A program made the translations under genes and the position numbers. Positions 46,373-56,317 of a stretch of 64,000 bases of DNA are shown here, one piece after another. Source of the stretch: an uncultured delta proteobacterium (GTDB lineage Bacteria; Myxococcota_A; Polyangia; Polyangiales; Polyangiaceae). Every line of letters begins with the position of its first letter. Position 1 is the stretch's first letter. The DNA is taken from NCBI GenBank assembly GCA_963716725.1, contig CAVQUB010000005.1, positions 608,001-672,000 of the forward strand, in the 5' to 3' direction. The notes under the pieces were generated by a model. It did not search any database. It was not told the DNA's origin and worked only from the letters and a program-made list of their open reading frames with translations.

Positions 46373-46873
46373 TCACGGAATCAGCATCGGGCACACCGGG
46401 CTGCAGTTGGTCTGAAGGCACGTCGACACGCCTAAAAAGATCTGCGTGGAGGCCAGGCAGGCCGGGCACTGGCCCGGCACGCAGCCGAAAGCGCTCTGCC
46501 CGAGGCAACTCTCGAGGTAGCAGCGCAGCTGCTGCGCGCAGCTCTGGTCCGCGAGGCAGGTGTTCGTCTGAGAGCAGCAGTTGTCTCGTCCGCACTGATC
46601 GCAGGTCGCGTTGCCGGTGGTGATGAGCGGGCTCTGACAGGTCTGCTGGAAGAGCTCGCTCGTGCATTTGTTCGCGGGCGCGTCTGGACCGGAGTCCACG
46701 CTGCCGCCGGTGCCGGCCTCCGCGTCCGAGCCGCCGGAGCCGCCGCTGCCGGAGGAGTCTGCTCCCGCGTCGCTGCCTCCGGTCTCGCCGTCGGCGGAGA
46801 ACTCGCTGCCGCCGCAGCCGACCACGAGCGCGATCACGCACCCGAGCCCGAGCATTCGAGACAAACCGCCCAT
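46373..46873 (-). CDS. Cys-rich lipoprotein
   Basis: Lipobox VVGC, Gly/Ser linker and a CDQC...CC...C repeat. Confidence 0.7.
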   Translation of the reverse strand: MGGLSRMLGLGCVIALVVGCGGSEFSADGETGGSDAGADSSGSGGSGGSDAEAGTGGSVDSGPDAPANKCTSELFQQTCQSPLITTGNATCDQCGRDNCCSQTNTCLADQSCAQQLRCYLESCLGQSAFGCVPGQCPACLASTQIFLGVSTCLQTNCSPVCPMLIP

Positions 46874-47021
46874 CACCGGTGATTGTTCTCCGAAGCGCCT
46901 CCCGCGGCAAGACAAGAGTCGGCGAAGCTTCAGCAGTCGGCGCAACGGCTCGTGACTGAGCGTTCGTGGGCACCCCTGAGACGCGCTTGTCGCCCTAGCG
47001 GCCTCGTGGCATGTGCGACGC

Positions 47022-48458
47022 ATGAAGCGTGCGGTCGTCTTGGCGCTTGGTGGATGGCTGCTCTTGGGCAGCGGCTGTGGTTCCGACGACGGGGACGGCA
47101 AGCCCGCTGGCGCATCGACCATCGGCGCACCCGGTGTTTGGTTCGACGGCTTGGCGCTGTATCAGGGACCGAAGCGAACGCTGATGGTGGGCGGCACGCC
47201 AGGGCAGGGAGTGCCCATCGTCGCCGGACGCGACGCGTTGTTCCGGGTCTTTCACGCCATGGGGCCGGAGTACGACGGGCAGCCGGTCACGGCGAAGCTG
47301 GATCTGCTCGACGGGCAGCCAGCCCTCGAGGTCGTTGCGCCGCTCGCACCGAACTACAGCGAAGGCGATCTGCAAAGCACCCTCAACTTCCAAATCCCGG
47401 GCGGCCGCATCGGCGACGAGTTTGGCTACGAGCTGACGCTCTCGCAGCCTGCCGGCGGGCGCGCTGACAATCCGAACGCACGCTTCGGGCAGAAGGTCGC
47501 GGTGGCGGGGAAGCAGAACACGCTGCGCGTCATGCTCGTGCCCTTTGCGTACCAAGCGGACGGCTCCGGCCGCTTGCCAGACACCTCGCCGGAGGAGGTG
47601 GAGCGTTATCGCAAGCGCTTGCTCGCGCTCTATCCGGTGTCGAACGTCGAGGTCTCGGTGCACGATCCGGTGCCTTGGACCACCGCCATCGGCTCAAAGG
47701 GCGAAGGTTGGCAATCGGTCGGGATCAAGCTCTACGGCCTCCGGAACGCCGAGGGCATCCCGCCGGACGTCTACCTGTACGCGGTGTTCATGCCGACCGC
47801 GACCCTGGGTCAGTTCTGCAATCCAAGCTGCCAGCTCGGCGTGACGCTGCTCAACAATGACCCGCCGGACGTTGGCAACGTGTCGTTGCGCTTGGCGCTC
47901 GGCGTGGGCTATCCGGAGGTGGCTCAGGACACGGCCGCTCACGAGCTGGGCCACGCCCACGGGCGCGGCCACGCAAACTGTGGCTTCGGCCTCGATCCGT
48001 CGAGCATCGATCAGAGCTTCCCGCACCCGAAGGGGTCCATCGGCGACTGGGCCTACGACATCACCAGTGGTCAGATGCACGACCCCGCGGTGGCGACCGA
48101 CATCATGAGCTACTGCAAGAACCAGTTCATCTCGGGCTACAACTACGAGAAGCTGTCGGCGCGCGGACAGAACGTGAACCTGGCCAGCGTCATCGCGACG
48201 CCCCAGCCCTACTGGCTGATCGCCGAGGACGGCCTCGGCGAGGCCGAGTGGCAGCAGATTGAGCTCTCCGGCTTGCCGAGCGGTCGGCAGGTGGAGGTGA
48301 CGGCTCGGACTGGCGAACGCGGGTCCTTCAGCACCCAGGGCTGGTACACGCCCTACGATCATTTGAACGGAGGCTGGCTGCTCGTTCCCGCCAGCGTCGG
48401 TGACCTGAAGAGCGTCGAGCACCGCGCTCGGGGCGCGCTCGCGGTCATCGACCGCTAG
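47022..48458 (+). CDS. Zinc metallopeptidase lipoprotein, M66-like
   Basis: Lipobox GSGC, AHELGHAHGRGH zinc motif and DIMSYC Met-turn. Confidence 0.8.
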   Translation: MKRAVVLALGGWLLLGSGCGSDDGDGKPAGASTIGAPGVWFDGLALYQGPKRTLMVGGTPGQGVPIVAGRDALFRVFHAMGPEYDGQPVTAKLDLLDGQPALEVVAPLAPNYSEGDLQSTLNFQIPGGRIGDEFGYELTLSQPAGGRADNPNARFGQKVAVAGKQNTLRVMLVPFAYQADGSGRLPDTSPEEVERYRKRLLALYPVSNVEVSVHDPVPWTTAIGSKGEGWQSVGIKLYGLRNAEGIPPDVYLYAVFMPTATLGQFCNPSCQLGVTLLNNDPPDVGNVSLRLALGVGYPEVAQDTAAHELGHAHGRGHANCGFGLDPSSIDQSFPHPKGSIGDWAYDITSGQMHDPAVATDIMSYCKNQFISGYNYEKLSARGQNVNLASVIATPQPYWLIAEDGLGEAEWQQIELSGLPSGRQVEVTARTGERGSFSTQGWYTPYDHLNGGWLLVPASVGDLKSVEHRARGALAVIDR

Positions 48459-48482
48459 GCCGAGAGCCCCCGCGCTGGGGCA

Positions 48483-49784
48483 TCAATCGCGAGGCTGCGG
48501 CTCGATCCGCGTCTCGAGCTGGCGGGCGAGTCGATGAAAGTCGCTGCTGGCCCGCAGGTAGCGCACCCCAGCGATCAGGGACTCGGGATCGACCAGCTCT
48601 CGGAACGGGACGAACTGAAGGTCGAGCTGACCGCTCACGCTGACCATGTGCCCGTCGAGCCCTTCGTCCACCAAACCGCGGTAGGCGCCCAGGCCCAGCT
48701 GACTGCCCAGCATCACGTCGAAGGCGTGGGGCGCCGCGCAGCGAGAGGCGTAACCGAGCTGAACTCCCGTGAGCCGCTTGTCGCGGCCGGTGCGTTCGCG
48801 GAAGCGCTTGGCCGCGAGCTCGGCCACGAGCTTGCCGATGTCCACCTTGCCCAGCGAGACGTGCCCGTGCTCGTCCCGCGGCACGCCCCTCAGAAAAGAC
48901 TGAGGCAGGATCTCGGCCAGGCCCTCGGCCAAGACGATGGTCCCGTAGTGTTTGCCGCGCTTCGCACGGGTCAAGATCAGGTCCACAATGCGGTCGCAGA
49001 GCGCATCGAGGGAGAGCCGCGTCTCTCTTCGTGTGGTGCCCGAGGCATCGGTCACTTCTTCTTCGACCCCGAGCGGTCCCTCGACGTCTTCCACGCCCAC
49101 GACCATGTGGGCCTCGCCGGCGATGGCGACCCCGTAGGCGAGCCAACCCGTCTTGCGGCCCATGGTCTCGATCACGAAGTAGCTCTTGGTCGCCATGGCA
49201 TCGGCGCGGAGGTTGAGCAGCTCTTTGCCCATGAAGTCCACCGCGGTGAAGAAACCGAAGGTAAAATCGATCCCGCGGTAATCGTTGTCGATGGTCTTGG
49301 GCACGTGCACGATGTGAACGCGCTTTTCGCCTTCCGGCAGCTGGTGCTGGTACTCGAAGAGCAGGTTCGCGGTCTTGAGCGTGTCGTCGCCGCCAATGGA
49401 CACCAAGGCATCGACGCCCAGGGACCTGAGCCCGCGGTGCACGCGCGACAGCGGCGCGGTCTTGACCGGATCGGCGAGATCCGCTCGCGAACGCACTGCC
49501 TTGCCGGGGTTCGCGCGGGAAGTGCCGACCAGGATGCCGCGGGCGTTTCTGAGCCCGCGCAGGTGGTGGTCCTGGAATACGAAGTAGTCCGTGCCCTCCA
49601 CCAGCGGGCGCTGCTCGGCGTCGTAGTCCTGCAGTCCCGAGTAGCCGTTCATGAAGCCCACGACTTCGCGGCCGTTGCGGCGAAAGGCCATGGTGGCCGC
49701 GGCGATGACGGAGTTGGCCCCGGGCGCCGGTCCCCCCGCAAATACGATGCCGACCCGTCGAATTGAAGACTCTGCGAGCGTCAT
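48483..49784 (-). CDS. pfp: 6-phosphofructokinase, probably PPi-dependent
   Basis: GGPAPGAN, GGDDT and PKTIDND (the Asp/Lys pair typical of PPi use), and ETMGR. Confidence 0.85.
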   Translation of the reverse strand: MTLAESSIRRVGIVFAGGPAPGANSVIAAATMAFRRNGREVVGFMNGYSGLQDYDAEQRPLVEGTDYFVFQDHHLRGLRNARGILVGTSRANPGKAVRSRADLADPVKTAPLSRVHRGLRSLGVDALVSIGGDDTLKTANLLFEYQHQLPEGEKRVHIVHVPKTIDNDYRGIDFTFGFFTAVDFMGKELLNLRADAMATKSYFVIETMGRKTGWLAYGVAIAGEAHMVVGVEDVEGPLGVEEEVTDASGTTRRETRLSLDALCDRIVDLILTRAKRGKHYGTIVLAEGLAEILPQSFLRGVPRDEHGHVSLGKVDIGKLVAELAAKRFRERTGRDKRLTGVQLGYASRCAAPHAFDVMLGSQLGLGAYRGLVDEGLDGHMVSVSGQLDLQFVPFRELVDPESLIAGVRYLRASSDFHRLARQLETRIEPQPRD

Positions 49785-49809
49785 CGAAGATGCTCCGTCG
49801 GGTACTCAG

Positions 49810-50706
49810 TCACTTGCTCGTGCTGCCGGAGCAGATTTGGGACGAGACCATGCCGGAGGACCCGCACTTGGCCGCTTCGCATTTACCGGACGCGCACTCC
49901 TCCCACTCCTCGCAAGCGGCTCCGTCGAGCTTCGTGGTGGCGCACTTGCCCGCGGTGCAATAGGCGCCCTCGGCGCATTCATTGCTGATCTCGCAGGCGC
50001 CGCCGACTGCGACTCGGCTCACGCACTTCTCACTTGGATACTGGCAGTAGGCCGTTGCCACGCAGCCGCCCTCCGTGCACGCCTCGCCAATCGGGGCGAG
50101 AGGGGCACACTTGCCCTCGGAGCCGCAGACGAAGCCATCGTTGGTGTAGCACAGCGCGTTGCCGCCGCTCGCGCCTCCGCTGCCACCGCTGCACGAGGTC
50201 GAGCTGCCCGCCTCCGTGCACGTCCCGGAGCAGCCATCGCCCAGTTTGCCTCGCGGAGTTTGCACGCAGACGCCGTCGTTGCAGTACGCGTCGCCCCCCG
50301 GTGGCCCAATGCACTCGGCGCTCGCAGCACACTTGCCGCCATCGGGGACCGTGCCGGTGGCCACGCTCTCGCAGGGGCCCGGGGCGGGATCGTCGTCACA
50401 GTTCTTCATGGCGCCTGCGGCGTAGGCGATGCAATTGCCGCCCTTCTGTGCGTCGTACAGCACGTTGCCGGCGACCATGTTCTGGTACAAGCCTTCCAGC
50501 GACGCAGTGCACTTGACGGCGTCGTGCGTGTACCCCGCCTGCTGGCAGCACGGTCCGATGTTCGTGCAGACAGCCTTTGCCAGCTCGCCGGCGAATTTCT
50601 CCTTGGCGACGGGCGCCGCGTTCGTGCCTCCGCCCTCCGTGGACGATCCGCCACAGCCCGCAAACGCCGTGAACCCAAGCAATGCCAGCCCGATGAAGCG
50701 CTTCAT
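49810..50706 (-). CDS. Cys-rich lipoprotein, same type as 10303-11298
   Basis: Lipobox FAGC and a shared CC...G..YD...C architecture. Confidence 0.75.
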   Translation of the reverse strand: MKRFIGLALLGFTAFAGCGGSSTEGGGTNAAPVAKEKFAGELAKAVCTNIGPCCQQAGYTHDAVKCTASLEGLYQNMVAGNVLYDAQKGGNCIAYAAGAMKNCDDDPAPGPCESVATGTVPDGGKCAASAECIGPPGGDAYCNDGVCVQTPRGKLGDGCSGTCTEAGSSTSCSGGSGGASGGNALCYTNDGFVCGSEGKCAPLAPIGEACTEGGCVATAYCQYPSEKCVSRVAVGGACEISNECAEGAYCTAGKCATTKLDGAACEEWEECASGKCEAAKCGSSGMVSSQICSGSTSK

Positions 50707-50770
50707 GGGGCCTGCCTACCATGGGCATCCTCGACCTTCCAGGCGGGGTCCGAGTAGACTCGCTTTCAGC

Positions 50771-51370
50771 ATGAAGCGAGCTTGGCTGTTGGTTGCGGTC
50801 GTCGGGTGTACCGCGTGCGGCGGCGAGTCGTCGGACGACGGGTCCGGGGGAACGGGTGGCAGCGGCGCGACGGGTGGCAGCGGCGCGACGGGTGGCAGCG
50901 GCGCGACGGGTGGCAGCGGCGCGACGGGTGGCGGCGGCGCGACGGGCGGCACTGGCGCGACGGGCGGCACTGGCGCGACGGGCGGCACTGGCGCGACCGG
51001 CGGTGCTGGCGCGACGGGAGGCACTGGCGGAGCAGCTGCTGTCGACTGTGATCCGAGCACGGTGACCTGCAAGTCCATGATCCCCAATTGCGCGAAGGGC
51101 GAGGTGCCCTCGGTCAAAGACGCTTGCTGGGGGCCCTGCGTGCCGATCCTGAGCTGCGCCACGGTCAGCGACTGCTCCAAGTGCACGAAGGGCTTCTGCG
51201 CCGAGTACTCATCCTGGACTGCGCAGTATCGGTGTGTGATGCCTTCCCTCCAGTGCTCGGCGCTGGCCTGCTCGTGCCTCGCCGACTACTTCTGCGTCGC
51301 GCCCTTCGACTCGTGCTCGATCCCCGCGTCGGGTTCGGCGGCGGTTTCTTGCTCGTGTCCGTCCTGCTGA
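50771..51370 (+). CDS. Cys-rich lipoprotein with GGSGAT/GGTGAT linker
   Basis: Lipobox CTAC, repeat linker and Cys-rich C-terminus. Confidence 0.75.
   Translation: MKRAWLLVAVVGCTACGGESSDDGSGGTGGSGATGGSGATGGSGATGGSGATGGGGATGGTGATGGTGATGGTGATGGAGATGGTGGAAAVDCDPSTVTCKSMIPNCAKGEVPSVKDACWGPCVPILSCATVSDCSKCTKGFCAEYSSWTAQYRCVMPSLQCSALACSCLADYFCVAPFDSCSIPASGSAAVSCSCPSC
50852..51031 (+). repeat. In-frame 18-bp tandem repeat, ~10 copies
   Basis: acgggtggcagcggcgcg x4, then drifting to acgggcggcactggcgcg variants. Confidence 0.9.
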
Positions 51371-51431
51371 TCGCCGTCATCGCGCAATTCTTTCACGCGC
51401 ATTCCGGCCTCCGGCGAGGGAGGATGACGCC

Positions 51432-52802
51432 GTGATCGGAGTGCGGCGCTCGGCGGGAGGCTACCTGCTAGCCACGTGCGTTGCTGCGTCATCGGTGGCG
51501 CTCGCAGAGCCCGGTGACGACAGCTCCCAGGCGCCCGAGATCTCGGCGCGCACCGAGACGCACTTCCGCCTGTACCAACGCGCGCTCTTGCCGGGACCCT
51601 ACGGCGCAGTGGTCACCGAAGAGACGGCGGCGCCCATCGTCGAGTACGTGTCTGTCACTGCGCGCGACCTCGACGCACCCTGGCAGAAGCGAAGCTTGGA
51701 CGTCGAGCTCGACGCCTGGGGGAGCGCGACCTTTGGTGAGGCCGGCGCGGGCCGCCGCTTCGACGGTGAGGTGCAGCACGCCAGCGTGCGCCAGCGCATT
51801 GGACCTGCATGGTTCCGTCTCGGGCGGCAACACGTGGCGGGCGGCGCTGCGCGCTATGCACGCTTCGACGGTGTCGCCGTCGGCGGTCAGCTGCCCATTG
51901 GTTTCGGGATGGAAGGCTACGGCGGGTTCACCGTATTGCCGCGCTGGGCCGCGCGCCCCGGGTATCACCAGCTGGGTTCCGCTGCGGAATCCCTGTGGCG
52001 TGATCCCGCAGCGCTGCCCGAGCCCGATCGTGCGGAGCACTGGGTCGTCGGTGGCCGCGCCTTCTACGACTCGCGCAGCTTCGACTTCGGAGCATCGATC
52101 CACGAAGCGCGGGAGAGCGGCGGGCTCGCGCATCGGAGCCTGGCCACCGACTCACGCTTCCAGGCGTCGCAGAAGCTCTCGTTGGGCGGGGCCGCAGTGA
52201 TGGAACTCGACGCCAGGCGGGTCGCTGACGCGCGACTCTGGGGGAACTTCGCACCGCTGTCCGCCCTCGAGCTCGAACTCGAGGTACTTCACGCCGAGCC
52301 GGCGCTGTTTCTCTCGCGGCAGAGCGTGCTCAGCGCATTCTCGACGGAGGCCTATGGAGAGGTCGGCGGGAGCGCTCGCTGGAAGGTCTGGCGCGAGCTC
52401 ACGCTCACCGGCTCTGGCTTCGTCCAGATCCACGACAGTGAAGATGTGGGCCAGCGCAGCGAGATCGGAGCGCGCATTGCCCCCGGACGCGGCGACGGCA
52501 CGCTGGTCATGCTCTCGATGTCTCGGGTGAGCGCTCTGGACAACGGCTACGTGTCGATGCGCAACGCTTGGCGACAGCGCATCGATTCGAGGTTCCGCAC
52601 CACCATCGAGGCCTATCACTACCGCTACGACGAGCCCATCGCCGGCTACGAGACCTCGAGCGTCTACGCTGGGACGATCGAGTGGGTATTCACCCGTCGC
52701 GTGTCGGCGCTCTGGGGAGCGTCATTTGCGCATACTCCCTACGCAGCCGCCGACGCCCAGACTCAGCTCCGCCTACGCTACGCATCAGGAGGGCTCGAAT
52801 GA
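51432..52802 (+). CDS. Putative outer-membrane beta-barrel (porin of a porin-cytochrome module)
   Basis: Signal peptide, amphipathic strands (FRLGRQ...RFDG, QLRLRY), and coupling (ATGA) to a multiheme cytochrome gene. Confidence 0.65.
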   Translation: MIGVRRSAGGYLLATCVAASSVALAEPGDDSSQAPEISARTETHFRLYQRALLPGPYGAVVTEETAAPIVEYVSVTARDLDAPWQKRSLDVELDAWGSATFGEAGAGRRFDGEVQHASVRQRIGPAWFRLGRQHVAGGAARYARFDGVAVGGQLPIGFGMEGYGGFTVLPRWAARPGYHQLGSAAESLWRDPAALPEPDRAEHWVVGGRAFYDSRSFDFGASIHEARESGGLAHRSLATDSRFQASQKLSLGGAAVMELDARRVADARLWGNFAPLSALELELEVLHAEPALFLSRQSVLSAFSTEAYGEVGGSARWKVWRELTLTGSGFVQIHDSEDVGQRSEIGARIAPGRGDGTLVMLSMSRVSALDNGYVSMRNAWRQRIDSRFRTTIEAYHYRYDEPIAGYETSSVYAGTIEWVFTRRVSALWGASFAHTPYAAADAQTQLRLRYASGGLE

Positions 52803-53818
52803 GGGCCTCGCTGCTGCTCATTGCCTGCGCTACCGCCCTCGTGGCGGCCTGCGCCGAACCGGGGCCGGTCCGCTTTCCCCACGCGCAGCACGTCTCGGAG
52901 ATCAGCTGCGGTGGCCCCGGTCTCCCGGAGTGCCTGAGCTGCAACAGCTGCCACCGCCTCGCGACGACGCCAAAGCGGCCCTTCCCCGAGAAGCAGCTCT
53001 GCTCGCGCTGCCACCAGTCGACCGAGAAACTGTCCGTGACCCCGCCGACCGAGGTCCCGCAGCCGCTGGCCTACACCATCCGCTTCAACCACGAAAAGCA
53101 CCTGGCCATGCGCGAGGTCAAGGGACAGTGCGTGCCCTGTCACGCCGGAGCCACCGAGGCCCGATCGCCGCTATTTCCCGTGATGGAAAGCTGCTTCGAC
53201 TGTCACGAGCATCGCCAGCAGTGGGACCGGGCCGAGTGCGCGCCGTGCCACCTGCGCAAGGACGTCGAGCGGCTCCTCCCTCAGACCTTCGCGAAGCACG
53301 ATGCGGGCTTCCAACGCAATCACGGTCAAGCGGCGCGCCAGCAGCAGAAGCTCTGTCAGCAGTGCCACACGCAGCAACAGTGCGACGACTGCCACGACGT
53401 GACCCAGGACCTCTCCGTCGAGAAACGCCGCCCCGAGGCCATCGAGCGCAACTTCGTTCACCGCGGCAACTTCTTGTCTCGTCACTCCATAGAAGCGAAG
53501 TCGCAGCCCGCCACCTGCGCCCGCTGCCACACGCCCGCGAGCTGTGATGGTTGCCACTTGGAGCGTGGCGTGAGCGGCGGGGGGATCAACTCTCGCAACC
53601 CCCATCCGGGCGGCTGGATCACCGGCAGCCCCAGCGCGCACGGTCGTGACGCCCGCCGCGACATCTTGAGCTGCGCGGGCTGTCACGACCAAGGGCCGGC
53701 GACCAACTGCATCCGCTGCCACAAGGTCGGCGCCTACGGCGGCAATCCGCATCCCAAGGGATGGAAGAGCGCCCGCTCCGAGTCCTCCACCATGTGCAGG
53801 TACTGCCATGCGAATTGA
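52799..53818 (+). CDS. Multiheme cytochrome c lipoprotein, 12 CxxCH
   Basis: Lipobox VAAC, 12 CxxCH counted, and c3/c7-like FPHAQH and FNHEKH distal-His motifs. Confidence 0.9.
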   Translation: MRASLLLIACATALVAACAEPGPVRFPHAQHVSEISCGGPGLPECLSCNSCHRLATTPKRPFPEKQLCSRCHQSTEKLSVTPPTEVPQPLAYTIRFNHEKHLAMREVKGQCVPCHAGATEARSPLFPVMESCFDCHEHRQQWDRAECAPCHLRKDVERLLPQTFAKHDAGFQRNHGQAARQQQKLCQQCHTQQQCDDCHDVTQDLSVEKRRPEAIERNFVHRGNFLSRHSIEAKSQPATCARCHTPASCDGCHLERGVSGGGINSRNPHPGGWITGSPSAHGRDARRDILSCAGCHDQGPATNCIRCHKVGAYGGNPHPKGWKSARSESSTMCRYCHAN

Positions 53819-55457
53819 CGCGAAGTGGTCGCTGCTCTTCGGGGGTGTCGGCTTGCTGGGTGCCGCGCTCTTTCCGGGCTGCCAAAGCGAGCGCGGGGCG
53901 GCGGACGGTGCTCGCGGATTGGCCTGCACCTCCTGTCACGGAGACGCCTCGCGCCCCGGCAGCGTGCTCGAGCGCGCCGCGCCGCCGCGGGACCTGTCGG
54001 GCAGCTCCGATCCGCAGCGTGCGGGCGTTGGCGCGCACGAAATTCACCTGCGCGCTGGCGCGACCCACGGCCCTGTCGCCTGCGCCGAGTGTCACGTCGT
54101 GCCAAAGTTCACCGGCGACCAAGGGCACGCCGACGACGCGCTCCCCGCTGAGTTGGTATTCGGAGCGCTGGCCAAACAGGGCGGCAGGGCGCCGACTTAC
54201 GACGCGGTCAGCGGCGGTTGCAGCGATTCGTACTGTCACCGCGCCGCGGATATCAAATGGACCGCGCCGCGCCCCTCCGACGCGGCTTGCGGCAGCTGCC
54301 ACGGGCTTCCGCCCCCGGCGCCGCATCCCCAGAGCGCGAGCTGTCACAGCTGCCACGGCGACGTGATCGGTGAAGACGGCTTCGTCGACGCCGCACTGCA
54401 CGTCAACGGCAAGGTCGATCTCGGCGAGTTCGGCTGCGACGCTTGTCATGGCAGCAGCGGCGATCCCGCTCCGCCCCGAGATCTCGCTGGCAACACCAGC
54501 GTGACGTCACTCGGAGTTGGGGCCCACCGGGTTCACCTCTCGGGCGGAGCCGCAAGCCGCCCGGTGGCATGCGCGGAGTGCCATCAGGTCCCCGCCAAGC
54601 TCGACGCATCTGGTCACACTGACTCCGACCTGCCGGCGGAGCTGAGCTTCTCCGGTGTTTCCCAGGCTCAGCAACGAAAGCCCAGCTGGGATCGGCAGAC
54701 GCGCCGCTGTAGCGACTCGTGGTGTCACTCGCCATCGGCGCCCGGGCCATCGGCAGAATGGACCAGCGACGCAGGTCGCTTGCCCTGCACCGGGTGTCAC
54801 GGCAGCCCGCCGCCAGCGCCCCATGTTCAGATGGCGGCCTGCGCGCGCTGTCACGGGGACGTCGTCGGCGACGATCACGTGAGCATCAAGGACCGCAACA
54901 AGCACATCGACGGCATCGTCGATGCGGTCGTGCCGGTCACCTGCAACGGGTGCCACGGTGGCATCAACGATGCCCCGCCCAGCGACCTGGCCGGAAACTC
55001 ATCGACCACGTCACCCGGCGTCGGCGCGCACCAGGCCCACGTGGCCGGCACCGGTCGGGCTCGCGCGGTGCCTTGTGCGGAGTGTCATGTCGTGCCCGCC
55101 GCAGTGGCCGATCCAGGTCATCTCGACAGCCAGGGCTCCGCGGAGGTCCTCTTCGGGGGAGTCGCGAAGACGGCCGGCGCCGAGCCCGGCTACGTCTTCG
55201 GAAGCTGCCAGAAGAGCTATTGCCACGGAGCTAGCTTTCCCGGCGGCGCTCCCTCGGGGGGCAAACACACCTCGCCCAAGTGGACGGTCGTCGATGGTTC
55301 CCAGACCGGATGCGATGGCTGCCACGCGCTGCCGCCGCCGGCGCCGCACACCTCGTCGACCGCGTGTTGGTTCTGTCACAAGAACGTGGACTCGACCCTG
55401 AAGTTCCTGTTCCCGAACACCCACGTCGACGGCGTCGTGACCACTGTCGTGCCCTGA
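53808..55457 (+). CDS. CxxxxCH/CxxCH-type multiheme cytochrome c lipoprotein, 15 motifs
   Basis: Lipobox FPGC; 12 CxxCH plus 3 CX4CH (CSDSYCH, CSDSWCH, CQKSYCH) arranged as three five-heme repeats. Confidence 0.9.
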   Translation: MRIDAKWSLLFGGVGLLGAALFPGCQSERGAADGARGLACTSCHGDASRPGSVLERAAPPRDLSGSSDPQRAGVGAHEIHLRAGATHGPVACAECHVVPKFTGDQGHADDALPAELVFGALAKQGGRAPTYDAVSGGCSDSYCHRAADIKWTAPRPSDAACGSCHGLPPPAPHPQSASCHSCHGDVIGEDGFVDAALHVNGKVDLGEFGCDACHGSSGDPAPPRDLAGNTSVTSLGVGAHRVHLSGGAASRPVACAECHQVPAKLDASGHTDSDLPAELSFSGVSQAQQRKPSWDRQTRRCSDSWCHSPSAPGPSAEWTSDAGRLPCTGCHGSPPPAPHVQMAACARCHGDVVGDDHVSIKDRNKHIDGIVDAVVPVTCNGCHGGINDAPPSDLAGNSSTTSPGVGAHQAHVAGTGRARAVPCAECHVVPAAVADPGHLDSQGSAEVLFGGVAKTAGAEPGYVFGSCQKSYCHGASFPGGAPSGGKHTSPKWTVVDGSQTGCDGCHALPPPAPHTSSTACWFCHKNVDSTLKFLFPNTHVDGVVTTVVP

Positions 55458-55467
55458 CCGAGGCGGG

Positions 55468-56301
55468 CTATTTCACGACCACTGCGTCTTCGAGCAGAGC
55501 GTCGTAGCGGTATCCGGCGCCGAGATCTTTGTCGAGCACCAGGGTCCCTTCGAAGGTGACCGTCTGGTCGCGCGCGACCTCCTCTGCGGTGGTCACCGTC
55601 AAGTCGTGGTCCTTCGTCTGCTCGCTGCCCGTGCCGTCCTGCAGGTGCAGGAAGTTCTTGCCCAAGATACCGCTGGTCACCTTGACCACTCGGCCGCGCA
55701 CGCGGATCTTCTTGGCGGAGAGGGCCTGCTTTTCAGCGAAGACCTCGGCGATGGTGCGCGCGTTCGGTCCCGTCGCCTTGCCGACCGGGCCGACGGCGCT
55801 CGGCCCGGCGCTCGCGGCAGACGGAGGGTGCCCGGGGGGCAATGCGCCGGCGGTTGGCGCGTGTCCGGGGGGCAATGCGCCGGCGGTTGGCGCGTGTCCG
55901 GGGGGCAATGCGCCGGCGCTCTCGCCGGTTGCCAACGAGCCAAAGTGGATGCTGTCGAAGCTTCGCTTCAGCGTCTTGCTCTCGAAGTTGTTCATGACGG
56001 TCTCGGAGCGCACGCTCACCCGCTCGCCCACCTTCACGCCGGCCGTCGCGACCGCGGTCCACGTCCCTTCCGAACCCGCTTCACCGACCCGGATGTAGGT
56101 GTATCCCGGGACGTCGTGGACCTCGAGGGCGGCCCCTTCGACCAGTCCGGCTGCCGGCGACTCCGCCGTGGGGGACGGCAGGGGAGGCGCGCTCGATGCC
56201 ATTGGCTCGGCCCGCGGACGCTCGCGGCTGAAGCTGCCGCCAAACATGGCCACGACGCCGGCCGCAACGATGACCCCACCGAGCAAGTAACCCATCTTCA
56301 T
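55468..56301 (-). CDS. NrfJ-like double OB-fold exported protein with His-repeat linker
   Basis: GYTYIRV...W.A...VGE.V...MNNFESKTLKRSFDSIHF, then a second domain VRGRVVKV..GILGKNFLHLQDG...KDLGAGY.Y. NrfJ similarity is from recall. Confidence 0.6.
   Translation of the reverse strand: MKMGYLLGGVIVAAGVVAMFGGSFSRERPRAEPMASSAPPLPSPTAESPAAGLVEGAALEVHDVPGYTYIRVGEAGSEGTWTAVATAGVKVGERVSVRSETVMNNFESKTLKRSFDSIHFGSLATGESAGALPPGHAPTAGALPPGHAPTAGALPPGHPPSAASAGPSAVGPVGKATGPNARTIAEVFAEKQALSAKKIRVRGRVVKVTSGILGKNFLHLQDGTGSEQTKDHDLTVTTAEEVARDQTVTFEGTLVLDKDLGAGYRYDALLEDAVVVK
55828..55918 (-). repeat. In-frame 33-bp tandem repeat, ~3 copies (AGALPPGHAPT)
   Basis: gtgtccggggggcaatgcgccggcggttggcgc-type units at 55828, 55861 and 55894. 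Confidence 0.9.
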
Positions 56302-56317
56302 TTGGAACGGACCTTTC

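Noticed and set aside
45573..46973. 466-aa version of the 2OG oxygenase
   Set aside because: The N-terminal 215 aa overlap the Cys-rich lipoprotein in another frame. The start at 46328 is more plausible.
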